64,000 nt of DNA from Takakia lepidozioides (lineage: Eukaryota > Plantae > Bryophyta), in assembly GCA_030704615.1 (NCBI GenBank), contig CM060733.1, positions 6,076,001 through 6,140,000 on the forward strand, in the 5' to 3' direction. The notes below the pieces were generated by a model. That model had not been told where the DNA came from. It saw only the letters and a list, made by a program, of their open reading frames with translations, and did no database searches. This document shows positions 1-12,420 of this stretch, piece after piece (positions within the stretch are counted from its first letter, which is position 1; each line of letters starts with the position of its first letter). The position numbers and the translations under genes were made by a program.

Positions 1-3000
1 GAAACTACATGCAGTGACCATTCTAGTGTCCATCTGATACATAATTTCTCTTGATGCCTGCTCAGCAAGCTACAACTCTGTAAGTTACAACTACGTATGT
101 TTCCATGCAACTTATCCCTGCTGCTTATAGAGAAATGTTGTAGCACACCCAAAAAAGAGTGGCCTTCTACCAAACCAAGCAGACATGAAAAAATTAAAGG
201 AAATGTAAGCAAAAGACAAGAAATTTGGGAGGTAGGTTTGTTGGACAGTTGCAGAAATGTAATTCCTGAATTTTCTCTTCGGATCTCTATCAGATCTTCG
301 CCACATCTGCCCACGCAAGGACTCACCTGAATCGAAGAGCCTTTGAGAAGTTGCCTTTCTGGTTTCTTCAAAAACGGTCCACTTGTAACCCAGACTAGCA
401 ACCGAGTATTCTAAATAGTAGGTTCACCCAGATATACAAGCTCTATGGCCACAAGGCTACGGCAAGCTAAGTCTTATGGGCACATTCTTTGTCCTTCTCT
501 CTCTCTCTTTCTCTTCTCTCTGTCATGTGGAGACCGAAGCATTCTGTTGATAGGGACAAAGGCCCTGATATATTGATAAGAAAGGGAGAGAGAGAGACAC
601 AGAGAATGGACTCATGAGACTATTTTGCCCTAGCCTTCTAGCTATAGATCCCCCGCCCAGGGAACTCTACAGTTTAAGGAAAATAGTAACATGAAACTAC
701 ATGCAGTGACCATTCTAGTGTCCATCTGATACATAATTTCTCTTGATGCCTGCTCAGCAAGCTACAACTCTGTAAGTTACAACTACGTATGTTTCCATGC
801 AACTTATCCCTGCTGCTTATAGAGAAATGTTGTAGCACACCCAAAAAAGAGTGGCCTTCTACCAAACCAAGCAGACATGAAAAAATTAAAGGAAATGTAA
901 GCAAAAGACAAGAAATTTGGGAGGTAGGTTTGTTGGACAGTTGCAGAAATGTAATTCCTGAATTTTCTCTTCAGATCTCTATCAGATCTTCGCCACATCT
1001 GCCCACGCAAGGACTCACCTAAATCGAAGAGCCTTTGAGAAGTTGTCTTTCTGGTCTCTTCAAAAACGATCCACTTGCTAACCCAGACTAGCAACCGAGT
1101 ATTCTAAATAGTAGGTTCACCCAGATATACAAGCTCTATGGCCACAAGGCTACGGCAAGCTAAGTCTTATGGGCACATTCTTTGTCCTTCTCTCTCTCTC
1201 TTTCTCTTCTCTCTGTCATGTGGAGACCGAAGCATTCTGTTGATAGGGACAAAGGCCCTGATATATTGATAAGAAAGAGAGAAAGGGAGAGAGAGAGAGA
1301 CAGAGAATGGACTCATGAGACTATTTTGCCCTAGCCTTCTAGCTATAGATCCCCCGCCCAGGGAACTCTACAGTTTAAGGCAAATAGTAACATGAAACTA
1401 CATGCAGTGACCATTCTAATGTCCATCTGATACATAATTTCTCTTGATGCCTGCTCAGCAAGCTACAACTCTGTATGTTACAACTACGTATGTTTCCATG
1501 CAACTTATTCCTGCTGCTTATAGAGAAATGTTGTAGCACACCCAAAAAAGAGTGGCCTTCTACCAAACCAAGCAGACGTGAAAAAATTAAAGGAAATGTA
1601 AGCAAAAGACAAGAAATTTGGGAGGTAGGTTTGTTGGACAGTTGCAGAAATGTAATTCCTGAATTTTCTCTTCAGATCTCTATCAGATCTTCGCCACATC
1701 TGCCCACGCAAGGACTCACCTGAATCGAAGAGCCTTTGATGAGTTGCCTTTCTGGTCTCTTCAAAAACGGTCCACTTGCTAACCCAGACTAGCAACCGAG
1801 TAGTCTAAATAATAGGTTCACCCAGATATACAAGCTCTATGGCCACAAGGCTACGGCAAGCTAAGTCTTATGAGCACATTCTTTGTCCTTCTCTCTCTCT
1901 CTTTCTCTTCTCTCTGTCATGTGGAGACCGAAGCATTCTGTTGATAGGGACAAAGGCCCTGATATATTGATAAGAAAGAGAGAAAGGGAGAGAGAGAGAG
2001 ACAGAGAATGGACTCATGAGACTATTTTGCCCTAGCCTTCTAGCTATAGATCCCCCGCCCAGTTTGGGCGGAAATATAGGGGACAGGCGCTACCTTTTTG
2101 ATGGACTCACTCCAGTAGTGTTATTTACCTTGATATAAGCAATCTTCCCAAAGCTAATTCTTCAGTATCTTGTGAAGGGGTTTGCAACCACTCAAATCAA
2201 AACTACGTCCGGCCTCTCACAAAGTGTTGTTGGGCCAAGAAGACTTCTGTTTTAAACAGTGTCAAGCCAGGCACCTCGAGGGTTTTACTACGGCTACAGG
2301 AACTCTATAGTCTAAGGCAAATAGTAGCATAAAACTAGATGCAGTGACCATTCTAGTGTCCATCTGATACATAATTTCTCTTGATGCCTGCTCAGCAAGC
2401 TACAACTCTGTAAGTTACAACTACGTGTGTTTCCATGCAACTTCTCCCCCTGCTGCTTATAGAGAAATGTTGTAGCACACCCAAAAAAGAGTGGCCTTCT
2501 ACCAAGCCAAGCAGACGTGAAAAAATTAAAGGAAATGTAAGCAAAAAGACGAGAAATTTGGGAGGTAGGTTTGTTGGACAGTTGCAGAAATGTAATTCCT
2601 GAGATTTCTCTTCAGATCTCTATCAGATCTTCGCCACATCTGCCCTCGCAAGGACTCACCTGAATCAAAGAGCCTTTGATGAGTTGCCTTTCTGGTCTCT
2701 TCAAAAACGGTCCACTTGCTAACCCAGACTAGCAACCGGGTAGTCTAAATAGCAGGTTCACCCAGATATACAAGCTCTATGGCCACAAGGCTACGGCAAG
2801 CTAAGTCTTATGAGCACATTCTTTGTCCTTTTCTCTCTCTCTCTCTCCTCTCTCTGTCATGTGGAGACCGAAGCATTCTGTTGATAGGGACAAAGGCCCT
2901 GATATATTGATAAGAAAGAGAGAAAGGGAGAGAGAGAGAGACAGAGAATGGTCTCATGAGACTATTTTGCCCCAGCCTTCTAGCTATAGACCCCCCGCCC

Positions 3001-4383
3001 AGGGAACTCTATAGTTTAAGGCAAATAGTAACATGAAACTACCATTCTAGTGTCCATCTGATACATAATTTCTCTTGATGCCTGCTCAGCAAGCTACAAC
3101 TCTGTATGTTAAAACTACATATGTTTCTCATGCAACTTACCCCTGCTGCTTATAGAGAGATGTTGTAGCACACCCACAAAAGAGTGGCCTTCTACCAAAC
3201 CAAGACACAAGCAGAAGTGAAAAAATTGGAAATGTGAGCAAAGACAAGAAATTTGGGAGGTAGGTCTGTTGGACAGTTGCAGACATGTAATTCCTGAATT
3301 TTCTCTTCAGATCTCTATCAGATCTTCGCCACATCTGCCCTCGCAAGGACTCACCTGAATCGAAGAGCCTTTAATGAGTTGCCTTTCTGGTCTCTTCAAA
3401 AACGGTCCACTTGCTAACCCAGACTAGCAACCGAGTAGTCTAAATAATAGGTTCACCCAGATATACAAGCTCTATGGCCACAAGGCTACGGCAAGCTAAG
3501 TCTTATGAGTACATTCTCTCTCTGTTCTCCCTCTCTCTCTCTCCTCTCTCTGTCATGTGGAGACCGAAGCATTCTGTTGATAGGGACAAAGGCCCTGATA
3601 TATTGATAAGAAAGAGAGAAAGGGGGAGGAAGAAAGGAGAGAATGGACTCATGAGACTTTTTTGCCCTAGCCTTCTAGCCATAGACCCCCCGCCCAGTTT
3701 GGGCGGAAATATAGGGGAAAGGCGCTACCTTTGTGATGGACTCACTCCAGTAGTGTGATTTACCTTGATATAAGCAATCTTCCTAAAGCTAATTCTTCAG
3801 GTTTGCAACCACTCAAATCAAAACTACTCCGGCCTCTCACAAAGTGTTGTTGGGCCAAGAAGACTTTTGTTTTAATCAGCATCAAGCCAGGCACCTCAAG
3901 GGTTTTACTTACAGCCACAGGAACTCCATATTTTAAGGCAAATAGTAGCATGAAACTAGATTCAGTGACCATTCTAGTGTCCATCTGATACATAATTTCT
4001 CTTGCCTGCTCAGCAAGCTACGACTCTGTATGTTCCAACTACGTATGTTTCTCATGCAACTTATCCCTGCTGCTTATAGAGAAATGTTGTAGCACACCCA
4101 CAAAAGAGTGGCCTTCTACCAAACCAAGAAACAAGCAGAAGTGAAAAAATTAAAGGAAATGTAAGCAAAGACAAGAAATTTGGGAGGTAGTTTTGTTGGA
4201 ATTACATTCAGAAATGTAATCCCTGAATTTTCTCTTCAGATCTCTATCAAACATCTGCCCTCGCAAGGCCTCACCTGAATCGAAGAGCCTTTGAAAGTCC
4301 TTTCTGGTCTCTTCAAAAACGGTCCACTTGCTAATCCAGACTAGCAACCGAGTAGTCTAAATAGTAGGTTCACCCAGATATAC
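1..4383. repeat. Tandem array of ~0.69-0.94 kb units (about 6 copies, runs off the left edge)
   Basis: The anchor gaaactac/gatgcagtgaccattctag recurs at about 1, 693, 1394, 2332, 3034 and 3953. Long units carry an extra ~240 bp (about 2062-2295 and 3697-3920) that short units lack. The array ends where cccagatatac is followed by unique sequence at ~4383. Confidence 0.97.
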
Positions 4384-4551
4384 ATAGTCAGACTGTGCCC
4401 CACATGCATAACCTAATTGTTAACATATGGGGCTAATTCCGTTTTCAAGAATTTCAGCATACATATGTCGAACTCCCTGGAAATGAATTGACATCTGCCA
4501 ACTGCCAACAGGACTAACTTCGCTGTTAAGAATCCTCACCAGCGCTCATGT

Positions 4552-4905
4552 GTCTACTCTGAAGCGCCAATGAATCTGTACAGACGTTCACACGGTTTAT
4601 TCCTTTGAAACAGTGACCGAACGCCACCGCTAACATGAACGATTCCCTCAAATGGCGTAAGGGCCTGGAGGGTTACCCAGTATACGGTGACTCGAGAATA
4701 AGTGGACAGATAGGGGAGCACGAAAACAAAATTTAAATGTGTCTACTCTGAAGCGCCAATGAATCTGTATAGAAATTCACACGGTTTATTCCTTTGAAAC
4801 AGTGACCGAACGCCACCGCTAACATGAACGATTCCCTCAAATGGCGGAAGGCCCCGGAAGGTTACCCAGAGAGCGGTGACTCGAGAATAAGTGGACAGAT
4901 AGGGA
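4552..4905. repeat. ~190-bp direct tandem duplication
   Basis: gtctactctgaagcgccaatgaatctgta...agaataagtggacagataggg occurs at ~4552 and ~4741 with few substitutions. Confidence 0.9.
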
Positions 4906-4994
4906 AGCGACATGTATGCCAAATGTGGGTGCATTGAGGATGCAAAGGGAGCAAATCTAAATAAAGAATCCAACAGATGGGACCGAACCACACC

Positions 4995-5249
4995 TCTGGT
5001 AGAACCGCTGCAGATGGCTTGGTGAGGCCCACCTCTGCTGCCAAAACAGCTTTGATTCTGCCCGTCACCATCTCGTTGGTGTGGTACGGTACTGCTTGCA
5101 CAGATCTCCTTCGCCCCTTCAAAGGCCGGAGGAGAGGCGAAGCTCGGTGGAAAGAGAGTGCGGAGCAAAGAGGCCTGGCAAGGCGAGCGTGGAAGGGCAA
5201 GGAGATGATGGTGAGAGCAGCGGTGCGAGCTGCTGCTACCATAGCCATT
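4995..5249 (-). pseudogene. Probable first exon of an organelle-targeted protein gene whose downstream exons are caught in the tandem array
   Basis: MAMVAAARTAALTIISLPFHARLARPLCSALSFHRASPLLRPLKGRRRSVQA...AAVLPE is Ala/Arg/Ser-rich and acid-poor, like a transit peptide, and is followed by a GT donor (gag|gtgtgg). Exon-like segments with ag...|gtgagt and ag...|gtaaat borders lie in each repeat unit on the same strand. Product not recognised. Confidence 0.45.
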
Positions 5250-5359
5250 TCCCTGCCTTGGGACGACCAACAATGGCCCCGTCTACACCTGCCCAACTTG
5301 TCATCCGATCTACTTGATTCATCAATAAATCTACACACTTTGGAGATGGATGGATGGAT

Positions 5360-5632
5360 GATAGCCATCACTATCATCTCCTGTATTAGTGTAGTTATTA
5401 ATGGGGTTTCTTTTTTTAGATAAAGGGGTTCACCTGAGAGCTCATAATCATCACTATCATCTCCTGTATTAGGTATGAATGGGATTATTTTCCCCTTTAT
5501 TAATGGGGTTTTTCTTTTTAGATAAAGGGGAACACCTGAGAGCTCATAATAGTGTAGGTATTAATGGGGTTTTTCCCGATTTTCCCCTTTATTAATGGGG
5601 TTTTCTTTTTAGATAAAGGGGAACACCTGAGA
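5360..5632. repeat. Three imperfect ~100-bp direct repeats
   Basis: ttaatggggttt...tttagataaagggg..cacctgagag occurs three times. Confidence 0.8.
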
Positions 5633-6134
5633 GCGACAGCTCTAATGGGATTCATAAACAAGCCACTCGTCAGGTAACTTAGGGCTTAGGGTAAAAGGGG
5701 CTCCTGTTATCTATTTAGTTTCTTTTTTTGCTTCTTTTTTTTCTTTTCTTTGTTTGGCGGGGCGCCTCTGTGACCTGCAGAGTGGACGACTGGACCTTCG
5801 AGAGGGGGGGGCCTACTAAATTTTATTTATTTATTCTATATTTCGATATGGATTAGCGTATGCGCCTAAAGAGAGGCCCTCCGGCAGGTCCGCGGGTCTG
5901 CCAAGTGGGGCATGAGGAGACCCTCCATGTTGCAGACAATCCGGCCGAGTATGGACGAACGAACGTCCTTTTGACGAACGCTAAACAACGTATAGACGAA
6001 GAGAGGGTGTCCTTGCGTTTGAGAGAGTCTGGGTGGGGGGTGACCCTCTCCCTTTGCGGGCCCCGCGATGCATAATAATCTAAAATGAGAAGCAACCATG
6101 TTTTCATTCAATGGTTGGTTCCGAATGTTTGTAG

Positions 6135-8319
6135 GACAGTCACACTCCGGAGGAAATTGGAACACTGAACTATGGGGTTACCTTTCCGGTGTCTGGGCAG
6201 GAGAAGGCGCTGGCAGAGTTGATAAAATACTAGAACAGTATTCTTTCTTTTCTTCCCCTTCTCTTGTTCATGGAGACAAAACCAGAGATGAGCTGGTAAA
6301 ACGTGCACAGGAAGCAGGAGAGAAAGCGGGGGTGGAAGCCGAGTCTCCCTACATTGTACCTAAAGATCAGAATACCTAGTGCTATTGAAGGTCCACATGA
6401 TGATTTTGGAGGAATGGTTTTACCCCCAGAAATGGTCTCCAGCGATGGAAAGAAGGTACGGACATAAAGTACTAGTCTCAAAAGTTGCTGAACTTTATTC
6501 TCCCCAAATAGGCCGATGGTTTTTTTTTTTCTTTGCTGTCTGTGTTAGGAACAAATTACCTTTAGGGCATATTCATTGCTAGTGTTCAACCCTCCTCGAG
6601 CTGGCGGAGGGATTTCTTATTGGATTGAGTCTGGTATAGACTCCATACTACAAAGCACGATATTTACTCCAGAATTGCCACTTTGCCTAGGAATGTGCCA
6701 CATGTCACTATACTTAGCGGTCACGCAATGGAGACACGCGACACAGTGCTCAAGGATTTTTCTGCATCTTGCTGGAGTACCTCATTTTCCTTTCCATGCA
6801 CCTCCCTTCATAACTCTGGAACCAACACATTAAGGGGGACCATAAACATCGTCTAAATATGTATACATTGTTAAAATCACATTGCTGATGCATTGCAGTT
6901 CTGATCATTTTTCAGATCACAGAACAAAACCAATCCAATTTTTGGACTACTATGGCTCCCAATGTTGATGACTATGGGACTAGTACAGCAAGGGGAATTG
7001 CAACAGGGTCAGGGCATATAATAAAGGGTATTTCTGAGAGACTCAACAGTGGCCCAGCTGGAAAGTGGTTCTATTTACATGAAGAGTAAAATAAAGCCAA
7101 AGGACAAACCCGGCCAAATCAGCCCTCGATCTCTTCGTAACCTGCACTGGTAACCCGCTCTCCCTCTATCTCTCTCATTTGGTTCTCATGAGTTATATTA
7201 TGTCCTATACGGCCTTTGGTGTGGGAAAGAAATATCTCCTTTACATCTCCTTCTCTCTTGTAAGAGGACAGGGGAAAAACCCCAGATCAAAGTTCAGTAG
7301 CAAATTCTTCGCAAAACACCTCAGCCTAGAAAGCATAGGGAGCCACACAGGCTTGGCCCAAAACAGAAGCTCTCAGTAAACAAGAAGCCAAAGAAGCTTC
7401 CATAACTAAAATTGAAGACAAACAAAGCTATACCCCCATCTGTGTTGCATTTTGTGGGATCCCCTTATTATATTACTGATTGTGGCCACCACTTGGGCTA
7501 TGCTGATACTTCATGTGGTTTGATGTGAAATGTGCAGGGTGAGGAAGATGAGGGCAACAGACCATGTGGCCGAAAGTGTGCTGACTGGTGTAGTGCTAAC
7601 CACAGGATTTTTCATGGGTTCAATTATATCTTCAAAAGCCGGCAAAAAGTTCTTCAACTGGTACCTGGAGAGGTGGCCCTTGTTTCACTTGACGCCTTTG
7701 AAAAGTGGAGAACCACTTTAGGGTCGTGATCACTCTCTGCTTCATGCTAGCCTTCACCCTGGTGATTCATGGTGTCTTGAACATATTGGCTTCCACCGGT
7801 ACCGAATTCCAATGATGGCCAAGGGGTAGAAATTTTGTGGATTTTTTCACTGTGGCTTAGAAGGTAGATTTTAAAACCTTGACACATTGGGGCCTGACAA
7901 TCTCACCCATCGATTGCATGGGAGTGAACACTGGATTGGAGGTGTATCTATCATCTAAGATCCAAGTGAAGAACACAAAGCCTAATGCAAGTCTAATGCC
8001 CCAAAAAACTAGGCCATTTGTGTTTGAGGATTGTGTTCCACTTTCTGGTTTTATCAGGAACCGTCCACATATGTTATGCAAGCTTTTCATTTTGACACAA
8101 TGCATTGACTGCAGATATGGAGAATTGGCTGACCAGGTGACAGAAGAAACTATTGCAACCGCTGGGCACTTGGTTTCTACAGTAGGGACTGTCACCAAAT
8201 TGCAGAAAGCCCTCATGCCAGAATACGGCGCCACAAAATTGACCAAAACTGGTACGATGAAAGCTGCAGGAAAATCAGTTTTCACTGGAGGGGGAAGAGC
8301 AAGTAATCTCACGCTCTGA
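6135..8319 (+). pseudogene. Senescence/dehydration-associated (ERD7/spartin-family) pseudogene, 5' part missing
   Basis: Exon ~6135-6455: TLNYGVTFPVSGQEKALAEL/frameshift/DKILEQYSFFS. Exon 6916-7149: FWTTMAPNVDDYGTSTARGIATGSGHIIKGI. Exon 7538-~7705: RVRKM..ESVLTGVV..GFFMGSIISSKAGKKFF/frameshift/LVPGEVALVSLDAF. Exon 8115-8319: YGELADQVTEETIATAGHLVSTVGTVTKLQKAL. These match the ERD7 senescence domain in order. Several frameshifts, and one expected exon not found. Confidence 0.88.
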
Positions 8320-10577
8320 GTGGCTTAGATGTAAATGGGACACAACTGCACAATATTGTTGGGTTTCACAATATCAGGGGTATTCATGATATATGGGTTG
8401 GCATTGACATCATGCTGCAACACATGATGGTAATCATGGCAGCTGCGTACCATACATTATGTTAAGTGGAGATTTACTGCCAGTCAAACTTGTTTGAAAT
8501 GGGTAAGACGAGTGTATCTACACTACCAGAGAGTCCGACAGAGAAACTGTATAATGCCTTCAGGAGGCTCACAGAGGACAAGAGGAAGCAGGATTCAAGG
8601 AAGTGGGGCCCCCAACAGGCAGCCCCAAAACACGGGATTCTGTAAAGTCCAGAGGCCTCATATTGATATGCAGCCAAGCATTTTTAGTTCTCACAATGAA
8701 GCACTTCAGTGAAAGAAAGCAAAGATACAGATAGGTGTGGGGCAGAGATAACAGGATGTGCAAAATTAAAATCGAGTTAGCAAGAGCTGTTTGTACTTTT
8801 CTTGGTTTGTAGCAGTGCCAGCTGCCTTGGCAGGATGATGATCTGTCGATCCGATTTCTTTCCATATGTGGGCTTTCATACTTGAACTGGAACAGACTTG
8901 TGAACATTGGCTTGATCAAGTGTGGTGCTTGTGTGGGAGACTGGTTTTATGCTGCTTGTCACATGAAGATGAGTTCAGAGATGACTGCAACTCCTTCCGG
9001 ATCCTCAATACATGAAACCGCTGTCCAACCCAACTCACAATGTTGTGAAGTTTCAGCCTACGTCTAGCCATTTGTTGTTGAACACATGCTACCTCAACAC
9101 AGCAAAGATACATAGTTCTATCAGAGTTGCTTCATATATTTGATAGACTCTGAGGTGCATATCTTCGTTTCGTTTGTTGGCTCTAACTTAGGGCAGAGAC
9201 TTTGCATCATGTTGAAGTGAATGGAGGATGTCTGGTCAACTGTGCTTACACCTGTCAAGACTACTATTAGGGGATAAGAAACACATGTGGAGTCCCAAAT
9301 TTCGGATGCCAACGATATCACTCAACAAACAATTTATCCAATTTAGAGGAGATTCAGTTTTCAGCTTTGGGTGATCTTTCAGAGCAAATTGATACTTTCA
9401 AACAGTTTGTGGAACTTTCACTACTACATCCTCTCTGTTCACCAGGTATTTGATGCTTGAAGGCTGGTTATGATTTCATCCATTTCTAACTCTTGCTTGA
9501 GTTGAGATACATTGGTGACCTGGCACAGGAATTGTGGTGCTTCCATTTGTACTGTCATCAAAAGATCATATGAACTGTGCCTTGTGGACACTGCTGAAAC
9601 CAAGAAAATATTCAGCTCTTCTGTCAACCTAAGTGTATTTCTTCTTTAGGAAGGCAAAGCTTAGGCTGGCAAATCACCATCACTTCAGCTGTAATGCCCC
9701 TTGGGTGCACATTGATGTTGATCTGGTGAAATTTTGTACCATTCTTTCTCAAGATCTAGGAATCTACCAGAGATGTGGTGTTATTTCTGTGATACAAGGT
9801 ATGATGTTTATCGGCCACTGCATAGTCACTACCTTAACAACAGAACTTACACATACATTTTGGACCATTTTTTACAACCTGCTGTTTTCCTCATATTGCA
9901 TGGAACCTTGGCACTGAAAATTTTGGCATTTGAAGGGCAATTCAGATCAATGTGCCAGCACGGTTTGTCCATGGTATCTAAATGAGCGACCAGGCAGTAT
10001 CACCGTCATAAGCTTGGGCCAGAAATCAAGCACTAGAGTGTCACATGTATTTTTAAGACGTGAAGATTCAATCAGCATCCGTTCTTGCAGTAGCCGATAT
10101 TCAATCAATACCTACAGTGTTTAATACATGCACAGCTTTAGACCTAGGACATTGCACCAATGATGAAGAAGAGTCTAGCTAGTCAAAATGGGAGGTTGTA
10201 TACAGGTTTCCACACTGTAGAACAGGTGAAGCACTCAATCATACCTCTTGGTCACTGCATTCTGCTTCATCCTTTCCTGTCAAAGTCAACCAGGACAACC
10301 CTGAAATTGATCCTCCATAACTCAAAAACCAACATGACCCTCCCAATCCATTGCATAGGCAATAGCGCTTTCAACATGACACAATGGCAAGTACAGAACC
10401 CTGTACCGAAAGCATCCAATAACATTTCCATCACAAAGCCAGATAGGCTGAGGCTCTTGAGATACAAAGAGATTGGAAGTGTCACTCAAAGACACACACA
10501 GAGCTAAACATTTGAATCTGTGCATACTAACTACGGGGGGAGAATAATTATCGCTTGAAAGCATACCTCCAAGTCGA

Positions 10578-11492
10578 TCATTCCAAATTTGGGGGAGGTT
10601 GAAACGGTTGACTCCCCACATCAACTCCTCCTTGCATGCTACTCCAATTGTCGAGCACGTGCTTTAGGAGGAACAATTGCATTCGAAAGGCGAGCTCTAA
10701 AACATTCAAGCCCCCGGGCAATTTATCCAAGTGGGACAGGTTATCCAACATAGTGAGGAGCTTCTTCTTCATGGGAGGGGTCATGGTCTCAATTGGTTGA
10801 TCTAACAAGACCCTGACCTTTGGACCGGATGCAGCTCCATGAAATGTTGGTTGAATTTTCTGCTTAAATGAAACAGAAAAAACATGAGCAGAATCGTTCC
10901 TCGCACTGGCAGTCTTCAAAGTAGTGAGATACAAAACCATTTCCATCCTCAGTTCCCCCATGGCTGCATCTATGCCACCAGGCCCCAGGGAGAATCCCCT
11001 ACTTTGAATATCCTGTACGTACGCTTTCTCTGCATACGCCATACTATAGTCGCACCATGCAGTCTTCAAACCGTGCTCTTCATCTTTGGGAAGACGGTAA
11101 TGATACCATATCAAAGATTGGTAGGACAGTGATAAGACTCCCTTCTCAAAGGGACCAAACAGAACGCCATTGTCAGACAAGACCTCAACAAGGTGTTGGT
11201 CCTGCAAATGATATGTCAGGCGCATCTGCAACGTTTCCAGTAGGTCTGCGGCTGCTAGCAGTTTTGGATTGCAAAGGTCGAAATCTTTCCAAACTTCGTA
11301 CTGATCTCTCCAGAACTGAGTGGAAGTATTGGGCCCCTCTTCTTCCTCAAAGTTCAACTTCTTCATCCAAGTTTTGAAAGGCTTGCTTCCAGAGCCCGCC
11401 TTTTTCATGGATATCACAGTAAATGCCGAATCGTCCAGCTTTAGAGACGCAATTTGCTCTCGATCGAGGGCGCTAGACGCCATGTAGTACAC
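10578..11492 (-). CDS. Unidentified 304-aa open frame, probably a large exon of a degraded gene continuing to ~9.1 kb
   Basis: Uninterrupted 915-bp frame with protein-like composition. Further exon-like, stop-riddled segments lie downstream on the same strand (~10.2-10.5 kb and 9.1-10.1 kb). No domain recognised. Confidence 0.45.
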   Translation of the reverse strand: MYYMASSALDREQIASLKLDDSAFTVISMKKAGSGSKPFKTWMKKLNFEEEEGPNTSTQFWRDQYEVWKDFDLCNPKLLAAADLLETLQMRLTYHLQDQHLVEVLSDNGVLFGPFEKGVLSLSYQSLIWYHYRLPKDEEHGLKTAWCDYSMAYAEKAYVQDIQSRGFSLGPGGIDAAMGELRMEMVLYLTTLKTASARNDSAHVFSVSFKQKIQPTFHGAASGPKVRVLLDQPIETMTPPMKKKLLTMLDNLSHLDKLPGGLNVLELAFRMQLFLLKHVLDNWSSMQGGVDVGSQPFQPPPNLE

Positions 11493-11880
11493 CTCGTCTG
11501 CAGGTCCGTGTGCGTTGCAACTCTGAACAACCTACTCTCATAGGAGAGTCATCAAATTCGTACGCCTTCTGGGCTGAAAGTAGCCATCGATATGAGCAGA
11601 GATTCTAAAGGGGAGAGAGGGATCACAAGAGTAGGAAAAGTTCGCTGGTCGGAGACATTTAGCGTAGAGCAGGAATAGGGCGTCACGCCATCGTAGACAG
11701 GTCATCGTCGTCAATTGATTTGGGACCTGCCCGTACTGCCCGAAAATAAAAACCGAAACAAAGTTCAAGAAGCTTCTCTTAACGGAATACGGAGAGAATG
11801 TACTCGCAAGGCTGAGTGCTGTAGGGGATTTTAACAAAGACTAAGTATGTGTGTGTCGGAAAAGATTCGATCTACACTAT

Positions 11881-12012
11881 ATGGCGCCGAAACAATGCGG
11901 GTCTGTGCTTCAACAATGTATCAATGCTCCCGTGGAGACCGTTTGGTCGGTGCTAGGCAGGTTCGATCGTCCCCAGTCCTATAAGCACTTCGTTGGAGAC
12001 TGTTGAATGCGC
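11881..12012 (+). pseudogene. PYL: PYR/PYL/RCAR abscisic-acid receptor (START/Bet v1 fold) gene fragment
   Basis: Translates as [43 protein letters not shown], matching the PYL N-terminal consensus QC.S...Q.I.AP...VWS.VRRFD.PQ.YKHF...C. There is an in-frame TGA, and the gate/latch region is absent. Below the ORF-track length cut-off. Confidence 0.85.
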
Positions 12013-12420
12013 ACAGTCTTGCAGTGGAAGGCTCCTGCAGAAATGGGCAGATATACATCAACCAGCTATGTAAAGATCAAGTTTTTGTGAGTATATAGGT
12101 GGCTTCTGTTTGAAACCCACCTCAGAATACAGCAAAAACTTCGGCCAAAGGTCATATCCCAGCATAAAATGCACCAGCAGGTCAGTAGGAGCACCCTAGT
12201 AGAAGCATGTAGATGTTGACTGTAAAAAGATAATACTGGTCTGTACAAGGATCAAGAATGTCTTTCTTGTTCCTTCTATTTGAACACTAGAAATACCAAG
12301 TAGGAGGCATTCACACACAGCCTATGAGGGTGTGTTGGGCCTACTACAACCTCAAATAAGTGGCTAGACACATCTAATTGCAAGAGTGGGGTACAACAAC
12401 TTTGCAATTATGATGATAGA

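Noticed and set aside
442-648. Conserved miRNA (miR169/miR156/miR529-like) in the hairpin
   Set aside because: Only short superficial matches (ggcaag, GA tracts); I could not align any known mature sequence.
97-4347. The many 65-96 aa ORFs in the left array as genes
   Set aside because: They recur only because the unit is repeated, overlap on both strands and vary by frameshift between copies.
7857-8312. 151-aa minus-strand ORF
   Set aside because: Antisense shadow of the last ERD7-family exon and its intron.
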